Assembly: GCA_964199315.1 (NCBI GenBank)
Contig: OZ116705.1
Coordinates: forward strand, 11,470,001 to 11,534,000
DNA length: 64,000 nt
From: Orbicella franksi
Taxonomy: Eukaryota
Direction: 5' to 3'
Shown here: piece after piece, positions 10,460 through 20,713 of the stretch
How positions within the stretch are numbered: the stretch's first letter is position 1
How the letters are laid out: every line of letters begins with the position of its first letter
Translations under genes and position numbers: made by a program
The notes under the pieces: model-generated
Seen by the model: the letters and a program-made list of their open reading frames with translations, nothing else
Database searches by the model: none
What the model was told of the DNA's origin: nothing

Positions 10460-12604
10460 TTAGCTCGTCGAATTGGAATTAAGAACTTTATCGTAATAGT
10501 CCCAACGAATCTTGGCTGCACTTTCAGAGTCTAAACCATGCTTCTGAGACAAATCAAAGGCAGTTCGAGCATGCGACTCGGCGTCGACTGGGCGCCCCTC
10601 CCGGAAGTACTGATCTGATCGTACGAAGTGATATTGAACTTGCAAACATATTGGCATTTCTTCCACGATGTTTATTTCCATCCTATCGAGGCACCGTCTT
10701 GCCTCTAGGAGGGTTTCTTCGTCGATTGCACGGGACTCCCTCCCGGATTTTGAACGGCAGTCCAATAGTAACATCGCTTTCATCATTAGTGCCAAATCGC
10801 GCTGTTTCAACTTCAGATTGTTCGTGTCCTCGTTTGACGCTCGCGAGCAAAGGTCGGTACATCGATCAAAGTTTCGTTTCGCATGTTCCACGACACAGGA
10901 ATTGTGCGCATATTCAAGAAGCAAGCTGCCTTCCTCATATGCAAGACATGCTTGATCGAGGATAGAGGCATTCTTTGCTAGATGCTTCCTCGCAGATTCG
11001 ATACATCGCTGCGCTTTGCCAAGTGTCATCTCGTCCCTTCGATAAATGTTTGCCAAATAATAACTTGCGCGACCTTTTAAGATTGGCACCAGAGTGGAAG
11101 AAGCTTGTGAAATCATCCCCATGGCTTTCTTGATAAACCCCTCGGCTAATCTCGGTTCATTGTGATAGCAGCAAGCCATTCCCTGCTCAAGAATAACGAC
11201 AATCTTAATATCGGTGTTTCCCGCGTATTCCTTCAGATAACATTCGACCTGCCGATCAAATTCTCGCCACTCGCAGTCATCTCGGAGCGGAAGTAAAATA
11301 TTCCTAATGTGCAAACATCTTTCGTAGAATCCCATTGGACAGCTGGTGTTTTTTTCCACCGGAAGTGACTTTTCTTCGGTCGCGTGACTTTCTAAATCGG
11401 TAGTTGTAGGGGTGTGACTTTCATCCCGAAGTGACGCTTGTCTGTGGCAGTTTCGACCTGGAAATGATGTAACGTCTACAGAACTCGGTTTGGCCGGGTG
11501 GCTTTGCTTCCTGTTTGCTAGTTTTCGGGGTGGAATCTTGCGCTCGCTTGTTTCAACAGCAATGCGTGTTTCATCTAGTAATTCACTCGTCTGTGAGGCG
11601 GTTAGAGTCCTCCACAGTGAAAATGTCACGACATAACGAGTTTTACTGGTTTGAAAACGACACCAAAACCCAACAATACCACGAAAACAATCTAAAGACG
11701 ACTCTCGCTTGAACAAAACACCGTCTCTTATTTCCGTCTTGCCATTCTTTCCGCACTGACAAACGCTGATTTTTACATCGTAAAATTCCCTCTTCTTTGT
11801 TTTTGCTGCAGGGGAGCTTTGAGAAAAGCTATAGTCAACTGCGTTAGTTGTAAAAAAGTTCTCGCAAATTTCAAGTACGATTAAATGATCTTTGCCTGTG
11901 TTTGGAAAGTCCTTGGCATTCCTCACTATGGTAACGGGCTTCGTAGGCAGTCGTAGAACACGAAGGACAGGCCGACTATTATCGAACACATTCGGAAAAC
12001 CTTCTGGATTAACCGTCATTTCATGTTCGTTTCCTATCAAAGCGTAACAGGCTTTGACATCGATATCCATCGTAAATCCTTCAGTATTTGATTTGCCATT
12101 GAGGGGAGGGACTACCCTGACGAATTCAGCGCGAATGTCAATCGCTTGACGAAGGGTTCTCGCATCGTTTACCGGAATAAGTTCTTCGGACGCTCCGTAT
12201 CTTCGTAACACACGAATGACCATTTTCTCTTCGTCGGAAACTTTCGTGAGACCATCGGAAAAACTAGCAGGCATTGAAAGGCCAAGGTCCACTTGCACGC
12301 GATTATCATCCCCAATTTGTAAACAAACAGTCTGTGCTTTCATTTTGATTCGCCTTGATCGGGTTTTCGCACAGGAATAACCTTTCTCACCTTTTTCCTT
12401 CTCTTTTGGTAAAAGTACCTCGACTATCTGTCCTCTAACTTCGCTCCCGTCAACCTGCATTCGCGGCATCGCTCGTCCGTCGGCTTCCACGGGGGCTGCC
12501 AATGCCATATTTTCGACTACGCAATAGGTTGTCGTCGCTTTTGAAACCATAAACGTGACTTGTATCTCACTCGCTTCCGTTTCGTTCTTCTCGCTGAAAG
12601 GCAT
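10460..12604 (-). CDS. RHIM-like / beta-domain / TPR-like protein, copy A (most divergent), 714 aa, intronless
   Basis: Uninterrupted ATG ORF; CLQIGDDNRV motif; shares DHL..L.IC, YDV, G.VG..RF, RY...FSL, LEQ and LLLDC motifs with copies B-G. Confidence 0.88.
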   Translation of the reverse strand: MPFSEKNETEASEIQVTFMVSKATTTYCVVENMALAAPVEADGRAMPRMQVDGSEVRGQIVEVLLPKEKEKGEKGYSCAKTRSRRIKMKAQTVCLQIGDDNRVQVDLGLSMPASFSDGLTKVSDEEKMVIRVLRRYGASEELIPVNDARTLRQAIDIRAEFVRVVPPLNGKSNTEGFTMDIDVKACYALIGNEHEMTVNPEGFPNVFDNSRPVLRVLRLPTKPVTIVRNAKDFPNTGKDHLIVLEICENFFTTNAVDYSFSQSSPAAKTKKREFYDVKISVCQCGKNGKTEIRDGVLFKRESSLDCFRGIVGFWCRFQTSKTRYVVTFSLWRTLTASQTSELLDETRIAVETSERKIPPRKLANRKQSHPAKPSSVDVTSFPGRNCHRQASLRDESHTPTTTDLESHATEEKSLPVEKNTSCPMGFYERCLHIRNILLPLRDDCEWREFDRQVECYLKEYAGNTDIKIVVILEQGMACCYHNEPRLAEGFIKKAMGMISQASSTLVPILKGRASYYLANIYRRDEMTLGKAQRCIESARKHLAKNASILDQACLAYEEGSLLLEYAHNSCVVEHAKRNFDRCTDLCSRASNEDTNNLKLKQRDLALMMKAMLLLDCRSKSGRESRAIDEETLLEARRCLDRMEINIVEEMPICLQVQYHFVRSDQYFREGRPVDAESHARTAFDLSQKHGLDSESAAKIRWDYYDKVLNSNSTS

Positions 12605-14112
12605 TTCGATGCAAGCGTTTCGAAAACCGACGGAAAATTCATGTATGATTGAAACAGTCCGCTTAATTTCGAATCAGCTATCAGCCAGTTGTCTTCAGCT
12701 GTAAAACTAAACACTTTCTGCCGATTTAAATTTTTTTGATCACATGATGCCACATAACGTAAATTCAGGGTATTCCCCGGCTTTTGTCGTTCAAGCTCTG
12801 CAACTCAGCGTATCATCCAACGCAACTGTCCGGTTCTTTTAGGGCAATTTTGTAATTTTTGGTCGAAATTACCTTGCATCAACGTTGAATTTTATCATAA
12901 CACATGATTATCAGATTTTAAACATGTGACGTGCATCGACAGTGCGTGGTTCCGGTTAGCCTGTGAACAGGTACTGGCTGGGGGGATCTGACCGGACTGA
13001 AAGATGGGTTCGCAAAAATTATTTCCTAAAATTCAGCTCACAGCAAGGTAGTGTTTTCAATACTGTTTGAAACGTCTCACTTTAATTCATATCTCTAACA
13101 ATTAAATTCGCAAGCATTCTCATGAATGTTAATGTCAAACCTCGACGTGTGTGTTATTTAATTTTGTTCTGAACTGATTTTAATTTAGATATTGATAACT
13201 TCAAATTCAATTGTCGATCGCAGAGACAGATTGAGAACTTAGAGTCTCAATAAATTCGTCTTAATTATATTCAAATTGTTGCGTTACTTTGAGCGTTTTT
13301 TGTTTTGCTTCGGTAACTTTATTTTTGCCTTTTTTGCTCGGGCATTCGCGGAAACCGTCTAACTCGAGAAATCAGTCTGCGGCTTGCCAAGAGGCAAATA
13401 TTGGTAAGAAGACACTTCTTGGAAAATCGTCCAGTCCCAAAAGTGGAGCGTTTGTACCAGAGTGATTTTTATAGAGAGCCACATTTGACATTTGATTAAG
13501 AGTCTTGCGTGACGAGCCCAAAGAGGGTCTGCGCGCGTGGGAGGCTACATTTGACACATTATGGAATATTTATTTTATTTTTGCGGATGGCTTGAAATAG
13601 TTTATCAATATTTTGACTCGCTTTAAACTTTGTAAGCCATTTTTTTTCTAGAAGTGCATCGGATGCTGAGTATTTATTACTTCAGTAGTAAAAACACAGC
13701 ATAGCTGCGTAAAATTTATCAGAAATAATGGGCACCAGTTGAAATTTGCCGATTATAACTCAGAAAATCACGTGCCTAATTTACATTATCATATGAAAAC
13801 CCGAAGAATTCGCTAAGAACTTTGTCATTAGTTTCAATCTTTACTGATTTCTTACAAGATTCTTATTCACTTGTTCTTATATAATATTATTAGGCGTTGT
13901 TATTTTTAAACACCGAAATCTCTCGCCCAAACTGTGAATACTACATACATGAAGACTTGAAATTTTATTAAAAAACGAATCTGGCCTTGAAGCTTCGTTA
14001 AAAAATACATATATTTGAAGAAACACGGCAAGAAAATTCCTCAATGTGGAAGATGACCGCGGCAAAACACTTGGTAAGATATAAAATGGCATTTCGCAGC
14101 CCCCCTCCTCTC

Positions 14113-14525
14113 CCCCCCGGGAGGGACTCCCTATAATGGCCTGTACGGGGAGTCTCCGCCCGAAAGGGTTACCTTTTTCAGGCTTCAAGTATATAAAAGG
14201 GTAAGGATTGCACAAGTTGAGGTATATGAGAGGGTAGGGAAATCTGTCATTTAGGTATTTAAAAGGGAATTAAATTAAATATTTCGAACAGACTCACCTT
14301 AAAGACTTATCATCTTATTTATTAAACTTTTCTCAATATCTTCATTTCAAGGGTTTATAAAAGAGATGCAATGTTCTTGAATAGGTATGGTGCCTTTTTT
14401 TCAATAAAAGTTATACGAAAGGGATATCCTTTCTGTCAAAATGGCACTCAAGAGGTTAAGGGGTTGGACCTCGAGGCGGACCTCCCCGTATAAAACTTTG
14501 TAGAGTATTACCTCCCCCTCCCCCT
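14113..14525. mobile_element. MITE-like interspersed repeat
   Basis: Loosely inverted ends (cccgggagggactccctata ... gtagagtattacctccccctcccc); no ORF; TSD not resolved. Confidence 0.5.
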
Positions 14526-14648
14526 TCCATTCACGGGGCCGCAGCGGGTTATCATAATCTAAGACAGACAATAGACTGCAAGACTGATACTAAGTGAAAA
14601 GCGTTTCGAGACACAACCATGACAAGAACCGATAAAGTAGGATCGCAA

Positions 14649-14691
14649 CAGTGGACAGCTGTTTCGTCCTTCTTGGGGCTCGTTGGCACTG
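14649..14691 (-). ncRNA. Degenerate minimal hammerhead relic
   Basis: Revcomp CAGTG-CCAACGA-GCCC(caagaa)GGAC-GAAA-CAGCTG-TC-CACTG: 5-bp stem I and palindromic stem III; core has 2 substitutions relative to CUGANGA. Confidence 0.55.
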
Positions 14692-15485
14692 TGTAGCGAA
14701 GATATGTAACGCCAGCCCAACAGCCAACGCTCATAAATTGCAAAATGACCCGTTCACTATATCAAGTTCCGTATTTTGAACTCACTTGCGCCCCGAAAAA
14801 AGCGTTGCCACATCACGTGTTTCGGGGCGCAAGGAGACAAAGTGTCACGATTGGTGTCTCGAAAAGCAAAAAAATAAATGTGGCTGGACAAGGCCAGCCT
14901 AAACATTTAACCGCGTGGCCAGCAACATGCTTCTACTCTGAAATCAACCAGCGTTCAATCGCCGATGCCGTTATTTAATTGGCTACGCTACACACTTTCT
15001 AGTCTGTTGAGAAAAGTGTGCTGTTGTTAACAAAATGACGGCCATTTCTTTGCGTTTTCGATATGTCAGTGTAGAGGATTTAGAAAATGTTTTTAATGGC
15101 TATTAGATTTATACTAATACAATTAGATCACATTTGCATTCGCTCTCGATTTCTATGCGTGATAGTTAATGTGTGATACAAAAAAGGACGTGACAACATC
15201 CGAACAACAGTAATCCAATATATCACAAGTTTTATTTACAATATTAGCATTCATCTGCATTTAAAAAAATCAATGGTCTTTGTATCTACAGCATTTATGT
15301 AAAACTATCTGGATCTTAACCGGTATTTTCCCTATCTCAACGCATAGGAATCCGCGTTTTAGACTACTTGACTTTTCACGCTGTCATTTTCGTCCAAAAG
15401 AGAAACTAAAATTACGAGTCCTTGGACGGCCTATGAGATAGTTTATACTGTCTGTTCATGTTCCATTTCTGGCATGTCATGTGAG

Positions 15486-17276
15486 TTACTCTAAAATTCT
15501 CAACCAATCAGATTCTGTTCCTGACGAGCTGACGTCACCATTCTCCCCTTCACTCTCACTGGTAGGCGATGTTAGAAATGGCCGCGCATCAGTCACCATG
15601 TTCGTTTCACCGCGCGTGAGCGCGCGCAAATGATCGAGACGTTCCTGCGCGTGGCAAATTTCTGTGTTGAAACCGAGCGCTTGTGCCATACCCTTAGCTG
15701 ACGCCGCAAACTTCGTTGCCTCCTCATAGTTACCCTTTCGGTATTCCAGATCTGCGCAAGCCAAGTTGAACTGAACTTTAACACCCTCGGCGATTTCGAA
15801 CCAGTGTTTTGTTTTCAGCGTGTTCAGACACTCTTGCCCTTTCGCGATAAACACATCGCTTACGACGCGTTCTCGCGCGGCTTCCGTGCGGCAATCGAGC
15901 AGGAGCATGGCTATTTTGATCAGAGCGAAGTGGTGCTTCTTCACATAGACTTCACTGTCTTCCATTTCCACACGCAGACACACGTCGATACACTTCTCCA
16001 GGTTTCTAAGAGCTTCATTCACCTGTTTGGGGCTCCTCCGAGGCATGAGCCCAATAAAATCGAGCAGCACGCTTGCTCTCTCATAAACAAGGAAACTCGC
16101 GTCGAGGTTCGAGTAACACGCGTGATTGTTTTGCTCTGCAAGTTGCACCAAGTGGTTAGCCTCTCCCAAGTGCTTCTGTCGTCTTAACACACCTGCTCGA
16201 TAGCCATAACCTCTGGCAGCCAGTAGCTGCGAGTTTTTGGCACGAGGAATCATGGCAAACGATTCATCAATCATTTGCAGAGAGAGTTCCAGCTTGTTTT
16301 GGTAACAAGCTCCCACACTTTGTTCTAATTTAATGGCTATCTGAGTGTCCGTGTCAGTAAACTCACACAACAGACCGCTTGCGTACTTGTCGAAGTCTTC
16401 CCACTTGGCGTTGTCACGGCGTGACTGAAGCTGATTCATTACCCGTAATGACCTCTTGTACAGCTCCACACACTCTTCTGAAAGGGCGGCTGGGCTCAAT
16501 GCAAACAAAGGAGAGACAATCCTCGCTTTCGTCTTTCTCCTTGTCTTGCCTGATTTCGATAATGTCGGGGGCCCTGTTTCTAGCGTGACCGAAATTTGGC
16601 TGATCGTTTCAGTAGGAGTGTGCTTATTGACGATTCTCCTTTTTCTCCCTCTTTTTGGTGGAATGGCGTTCAAAGAAAAATTGATCTTGTATCTGGTGTC
16701 GGGTTCGTGGAAGCGGAACAGATAACCGACAACTCCGATCATGGTCCCGTTTGTGTCGCTTTTAGCGTCGCTTTTGATGCGTTTACACTGATAATCAGGC
16801 AATTTAAGACTAGATCCACTTGTTCCATCGTAACTCACTGCCACTGTTACATCGTAATGGCCCGCGATGTCAAGCGTTTCTCTTGTATGCCGATTCTTAC
16901 AGACCAGCAGTTGTACTAAGTGATCGTGACGATCGGGGAAACCACTTCTGCTTCGACCAACGCTCAAAAGTCCACGGGGTTTCCAGTGTTCGCTCAAAAC
17001 AGGTTGGCCTTCGTTGTCGCTTTTTATCGTGCTGGAGTCACCAGAAAGCATCGAGTCATTCACTGGACGAAACTTCAGGACATTATCGTTGCCAATTTGC
17101 ATGAAACAAGGGTTAACAACGTTTAAAACAATAGCATTATCACTTCCGCTCGAAGCTCGCTCTTCCTCACCTGAATCACTTTCGGAAACGTCAGTCCCAT
17201 TGTAGTCATCTGAAAATTCGTCTGAATCAAACATTTCAGCTGCTACTTTGTCAAAATCTTGATTTACAGCGGCCAT
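15486..17276 (-). CDS. RHIM / beta-domain / TPR-like protein, copy B, 596 aa from ATG, intronless
   Basis: Intact ORF; the ATG at 17276 aligns with the MATG starts of paralogs (the ORF track starts at an upstream GTG, 17309); LNVVNPCFMQIGNDNVL. Confidence 0.9.
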   Translation of the reverse strand: MAAVNQDFDKVAAEMFDSDEFSDDYNGTDVSESDSGEEERASSGSDNAIVLNVVNPCFMQIGNDNVLKFRPVNDSMLSGDSSTIKSDNEGQPVLSEHWKPRGLLSVGRSRSGFPDRHDHLVQLLVCKNRHTRETLDIAGHYDVTVAVSYDGTSGSSLKLPDYQCKRIKSDAKSDTNGTMIGVVGYLFRFHEPDTRYKINFSLNAIPPKRGRKRRIVNKHTPTETISQISVTLETGPPTLSKSGKTRRKTKARIVSPLFALSPAALSEECVELYKRSLRVMNQLQSRRDNAKWEDFDKYASGLLCEFTDTDTQIAIKLEQSVGACYQNKLELSLQMIDESFAMIPRAKNSQLLAARGYGYRAGVLRRQKHLGEANHLVQLAEQNNHACYSNLDASFLVYERASVLLDFIGLMPRRSPKQVNEALRNLEKCIDVCLRVEMEDSEVYVKKHHFALIKIAMLLLDCRTEAARERVVSDVFIAKGQECLNTLKTKHWFEIAEGVKVQFNLACADLEYRKGNYEEATKFAASAKGMAQALGFNTEICHAQERLDHLRALTRGETNMVTDARPFLTSPTSESEGENGDVSSSGTESDWLRILE

Positions 17277-17592
17277 GTCGCTTGCCAAATCAATTTTCTC
17301 GCTTTCCACAAGTCGCTCGTCGAGTTTTCAGTCAAAAGACAATTCTTTCATGTGGAAAAAATTATCGAAACAAATTCATCACCTGACTTGCATGCACAAT
17401 GGCTGAGGGGTGGTTTCGAAAGTAAGATCTTGTGACTAAAAGCTCTACAAATGTCTATACTCGAGATATTTAACCCACGCACGTCTTGAATTGTCCTTTT
17501 CGGTACAGCGTGAAATATTTAGTCTCGTGTTGATATCGAAAGCGGAATAAATTATTCCGCCGCGGTCGGTAATAAATATCAGCTGTCCTGGT

Positions 17593-17603
17593 GGGGATTC
17601 CCC
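17593..17603. promoter_or_regulatory. NF-kB (p50-type) site upstream of copy B
   Basis: GGGGATTCCCC ~320 bp upstream of the ATG. Confidence 0.6.
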
Positions 17604-18300
17604 TATCCTCTTTCAATGAGGTCAAGACCAGAGATGGAACTCTTTATTATTAGTTGTGTAGTCCACTGTTTTGATACTCCGTTCATCTTAACTCAAAATG
17701 ATCGGTATTTTTGGGAACGGACCATTTTGATCATTTTATGAATCGTTTATCCTGGCTTGCCGCTGAGCCAGAGCATTGCTGGAACGGGCTACCTAAAAAG
17801 GGCGTGGCATTCCCTTTCCGTTGTAGATAATGACGTCAACATTTTGGGCCGCGCCAGAGAACCATCCGGGCTTCTCCGAGGTCTTGTTCGAGCTTCTCGT
17901 GGGTCGATGTTCAGGGACTTCTGAGATTGAGCGGAACTTTAACCGTAATAGTAATTTCATCTTCCTTCCAGTCCGTACTGTGCACTCTCGAGAGTTTGTT
18001 TGTTTTTTTTGTTTTGTTTCATGTAAGACTTCACAAATTGTAAACATTTCGCAACTACTTACACGCTCAAAGTTTGAAACAACCGCCCGAATGGATGCGC
18101 AGCTGTAAAAATCAATTAAGCTGCTGGAAAAAGAATTTGAAAGACTTCAAAGATAAGGTATTTAGTTCGTAAGGAATAGCATCGAGTGATATAAACATAA
18201 GAGTGCTGAGTCTGCGCAGTACGGACTGGAAATCGTCTTTCAGCGCTTCCACTTAAGAGTGGTTTGATTATAAGCGCCGCTGTTCCGATAAGCTCGATTA

Positions 18301-18723
18301 CAGTGACACCGTTATTAAGCGGACCCCATATTAAGCGGCCAGCCTCTATTAAGTGGACACCAGCTTGAGTCCCTCAATTTTCTTCCCATATTTACTGTAA
18401 AAAAAACCTGCATTCAGCGGACACCTCTGTTGAGCGGACGCGGACACCAATATTAAGCCATTTTGTTGCACGAAACCTGCAATAAGCGGACACTTCAAGG
18501 GCTTTTTACTTCTAAAAGCTCAGCTCAGACACCTTTAACCCTGTTCAGCGATGTCGTTTTTAAGCTAAGTAGATTATTCCAGATGGATGCATTGACTGTC
18601 TGGACATTGTGCTATGAGCAGTCTTTGATCTTGCACTGTGTTACAAAAGGGTTAATAATTAATTATTACTACTGAACCTGTTTAGAGGGTCCCAAGGGTG
18701 TCCGCTTAATACAGGTTTCACTG
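18301..18723. mobile_element. Tc1/mariner-type MITE
   Basis: TA flanks; TIR CAGTGACACCGTTATTAAGCGGAC / revcomp CAGTGAAACCTGTATTAAGCGGAC. Confidence 0.8.
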
Positions 18724-18986
18724 TATACTGAAACGAATCGCCACAATGAAGACACTGACAGATGATAACAATACACTGATTAGACAATCTTCTGTCTGAT
18801 TTAAAGTGGCTTTGAAGATATTAACTTCAATAGATACAAGCTAGAGTAGTCTCACTCTAAACCGCGTGCTTTATAGTTCAGTTTTGTTTCTGCTTTTCTT
18901 GGCTAATGCATCCACGTTCCTGTTTTCCCTTGGAAACTGGAAGAAGTCGCCGGGGTTCCAAACATTCCTATGCATTCAAATAAGAT

Positions 18987-19133
18987 CAGTGGCGGATCTA
19001 GGGGAGGGGTCTGCGGCCTCCCCCACTTTGTTTTCGGAAAGGAAAAAATTGCAGAAGGAAGAAGCCGGCAGGGCAAGCACCCCACCACCACCACCACCAC
19101 ACACCCTTAGCTCAAGGTCTGGAGCCGCCACTG
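18987..19133. mobile_element. MITE with 5-bp TSD
   Basis: TIR CAGTGGCGGATCTA / revcomp CAGTGGCGGCTCCA; direct repeat AAGAT on both sides. Confidence 0.75.
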
Positions 19134-20713
19134 AAGATCTTGTTACTTTGGTTATATATCAATCTAACTGTACTTCAGTATCAACAGAAAACAATCTAAG
19201 CAGAATAAACTCCACTCTTTAAGCTAAGGTCCGGTTCAGACGTCGTGCTTCTGCCGTGCCGAACTTAATTGCAATTAGCCTTGACTGTAGCACGGCAAAA
19301 AAGAAAAATACAGCTCTGATTCAGACTTCATGCCAGAGTCGAACCAAACTCAAGATTTACTGAAGCCTCGTAACAATTTTCCTCCTAACTCCCCGTGGAA
19401 ACGCAATCTCTCCAAAATACATTAATATAATTTATGAATTTTGTTTGGCGCGATAAAAGCACCACGTTTGAATCGCTGTCGTACCAGAGTCGTGTTATGA
19501 CGCTATTTATCATCAATAAGAGGACAGACGCATAAAAAACTGACGTTAATTCGTTAAATTGTTGGGAGGACCTCGTGGAATCTCCGAAAATAAATGCATT
19601 CATGAATATCCGAGAAGCGTCAAAATGTTTCAGAAATCTTCGCACGATTTCTTTAGGTCGATAAAAGTCCGAAGACCTCAAACGATCTTTGCTGGTTTTC
19701 GAAGTGATCTTTGAGGGATGCTCGTTTACAAAATTTGTGCTGTTGGTCTGAATTTTATTCAGGGCTCAAAAGGAACTGATGTCGCCGAATTTGCATTGCT
19801 GCATTTTTGATCAAACAGAACCAAAATTATGACTACAACATGTTCCCTTATTGCCCTAAATATTTCTCATATTTTCCCTTGGCTCTCCCTCACACCCCAA
19901 TAATAAGTTCCACTTTTCCCTTCTTCGCTGACGTTTCTGTTAATAATATCCCAAGTACCCTTGAATTATACTAAAAAATATATACGTCCCAGTTGTTCCC
20001 TCGAAATAAAGGTCATGTACCTTCGTTCCCCATGACCTCTAGAGGGCCTCAGCATGTGTAAACTCTGTACCAGAATCGAAATATTGAATGATCATAACTT
20101 GCAGCGGTGTAAACAGCAGTTTTATCGGATGTGAAATCCATACCAACAAGATAGTCTACTGGATCTACAATACATCAAAATATTCTATTAATAAGCGAAA
20201 CCATGCTCTATACACTAAAACACCAAATTATTGTACTCTCTGATGTAATTTCTAGTCGAGGAATTTAAATTTTTAAGAATTTAATCAGATTAGAACTTCG
20301 GTCACGTTTTAGTACTGGAGCGTAATGACAAACTCCAGGGACTTCAAGTCAAAAGCTCAAACAACCATGACGTAACCATCTCCAAAAATACATAGCTTGT
20401 TTAATTTTAAATAACGTTATGTTCTTCGTGAAAATTTACCTACATTTAATAAAAAGCTAGTTTTATATGCTACAATGGTTAAAGAATTTGATGTTGAAAC
20501 AACACGTCCCTGTTCAGATTGCGGGAGAACAGGTCTGCATAGCGAGGTTTCTGCCTTTGAAAATCGAATTTGCTGCATGCCTTCCACGCTCTTTTACTTG
20601 AGAGCGTTTACTGTCTGTTTCTCGTTCTCAGTTTCGACTCTGTCAGATATCCGTGCAATATATGCATGCTCATTGTTTAAATTGATGGTCAAGCTTCAAG
20701 CTAGACTAAAGGC

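Noticed and set aside
12100-12250. Z-alpha (ZBP1-like) domain between the RHIM-like motifs of copy A
   Set aside because: Only the EEK.VI.VL start resembles it; the diagnostic N-x-x-L-Y and P-P-x-W residues are absent.
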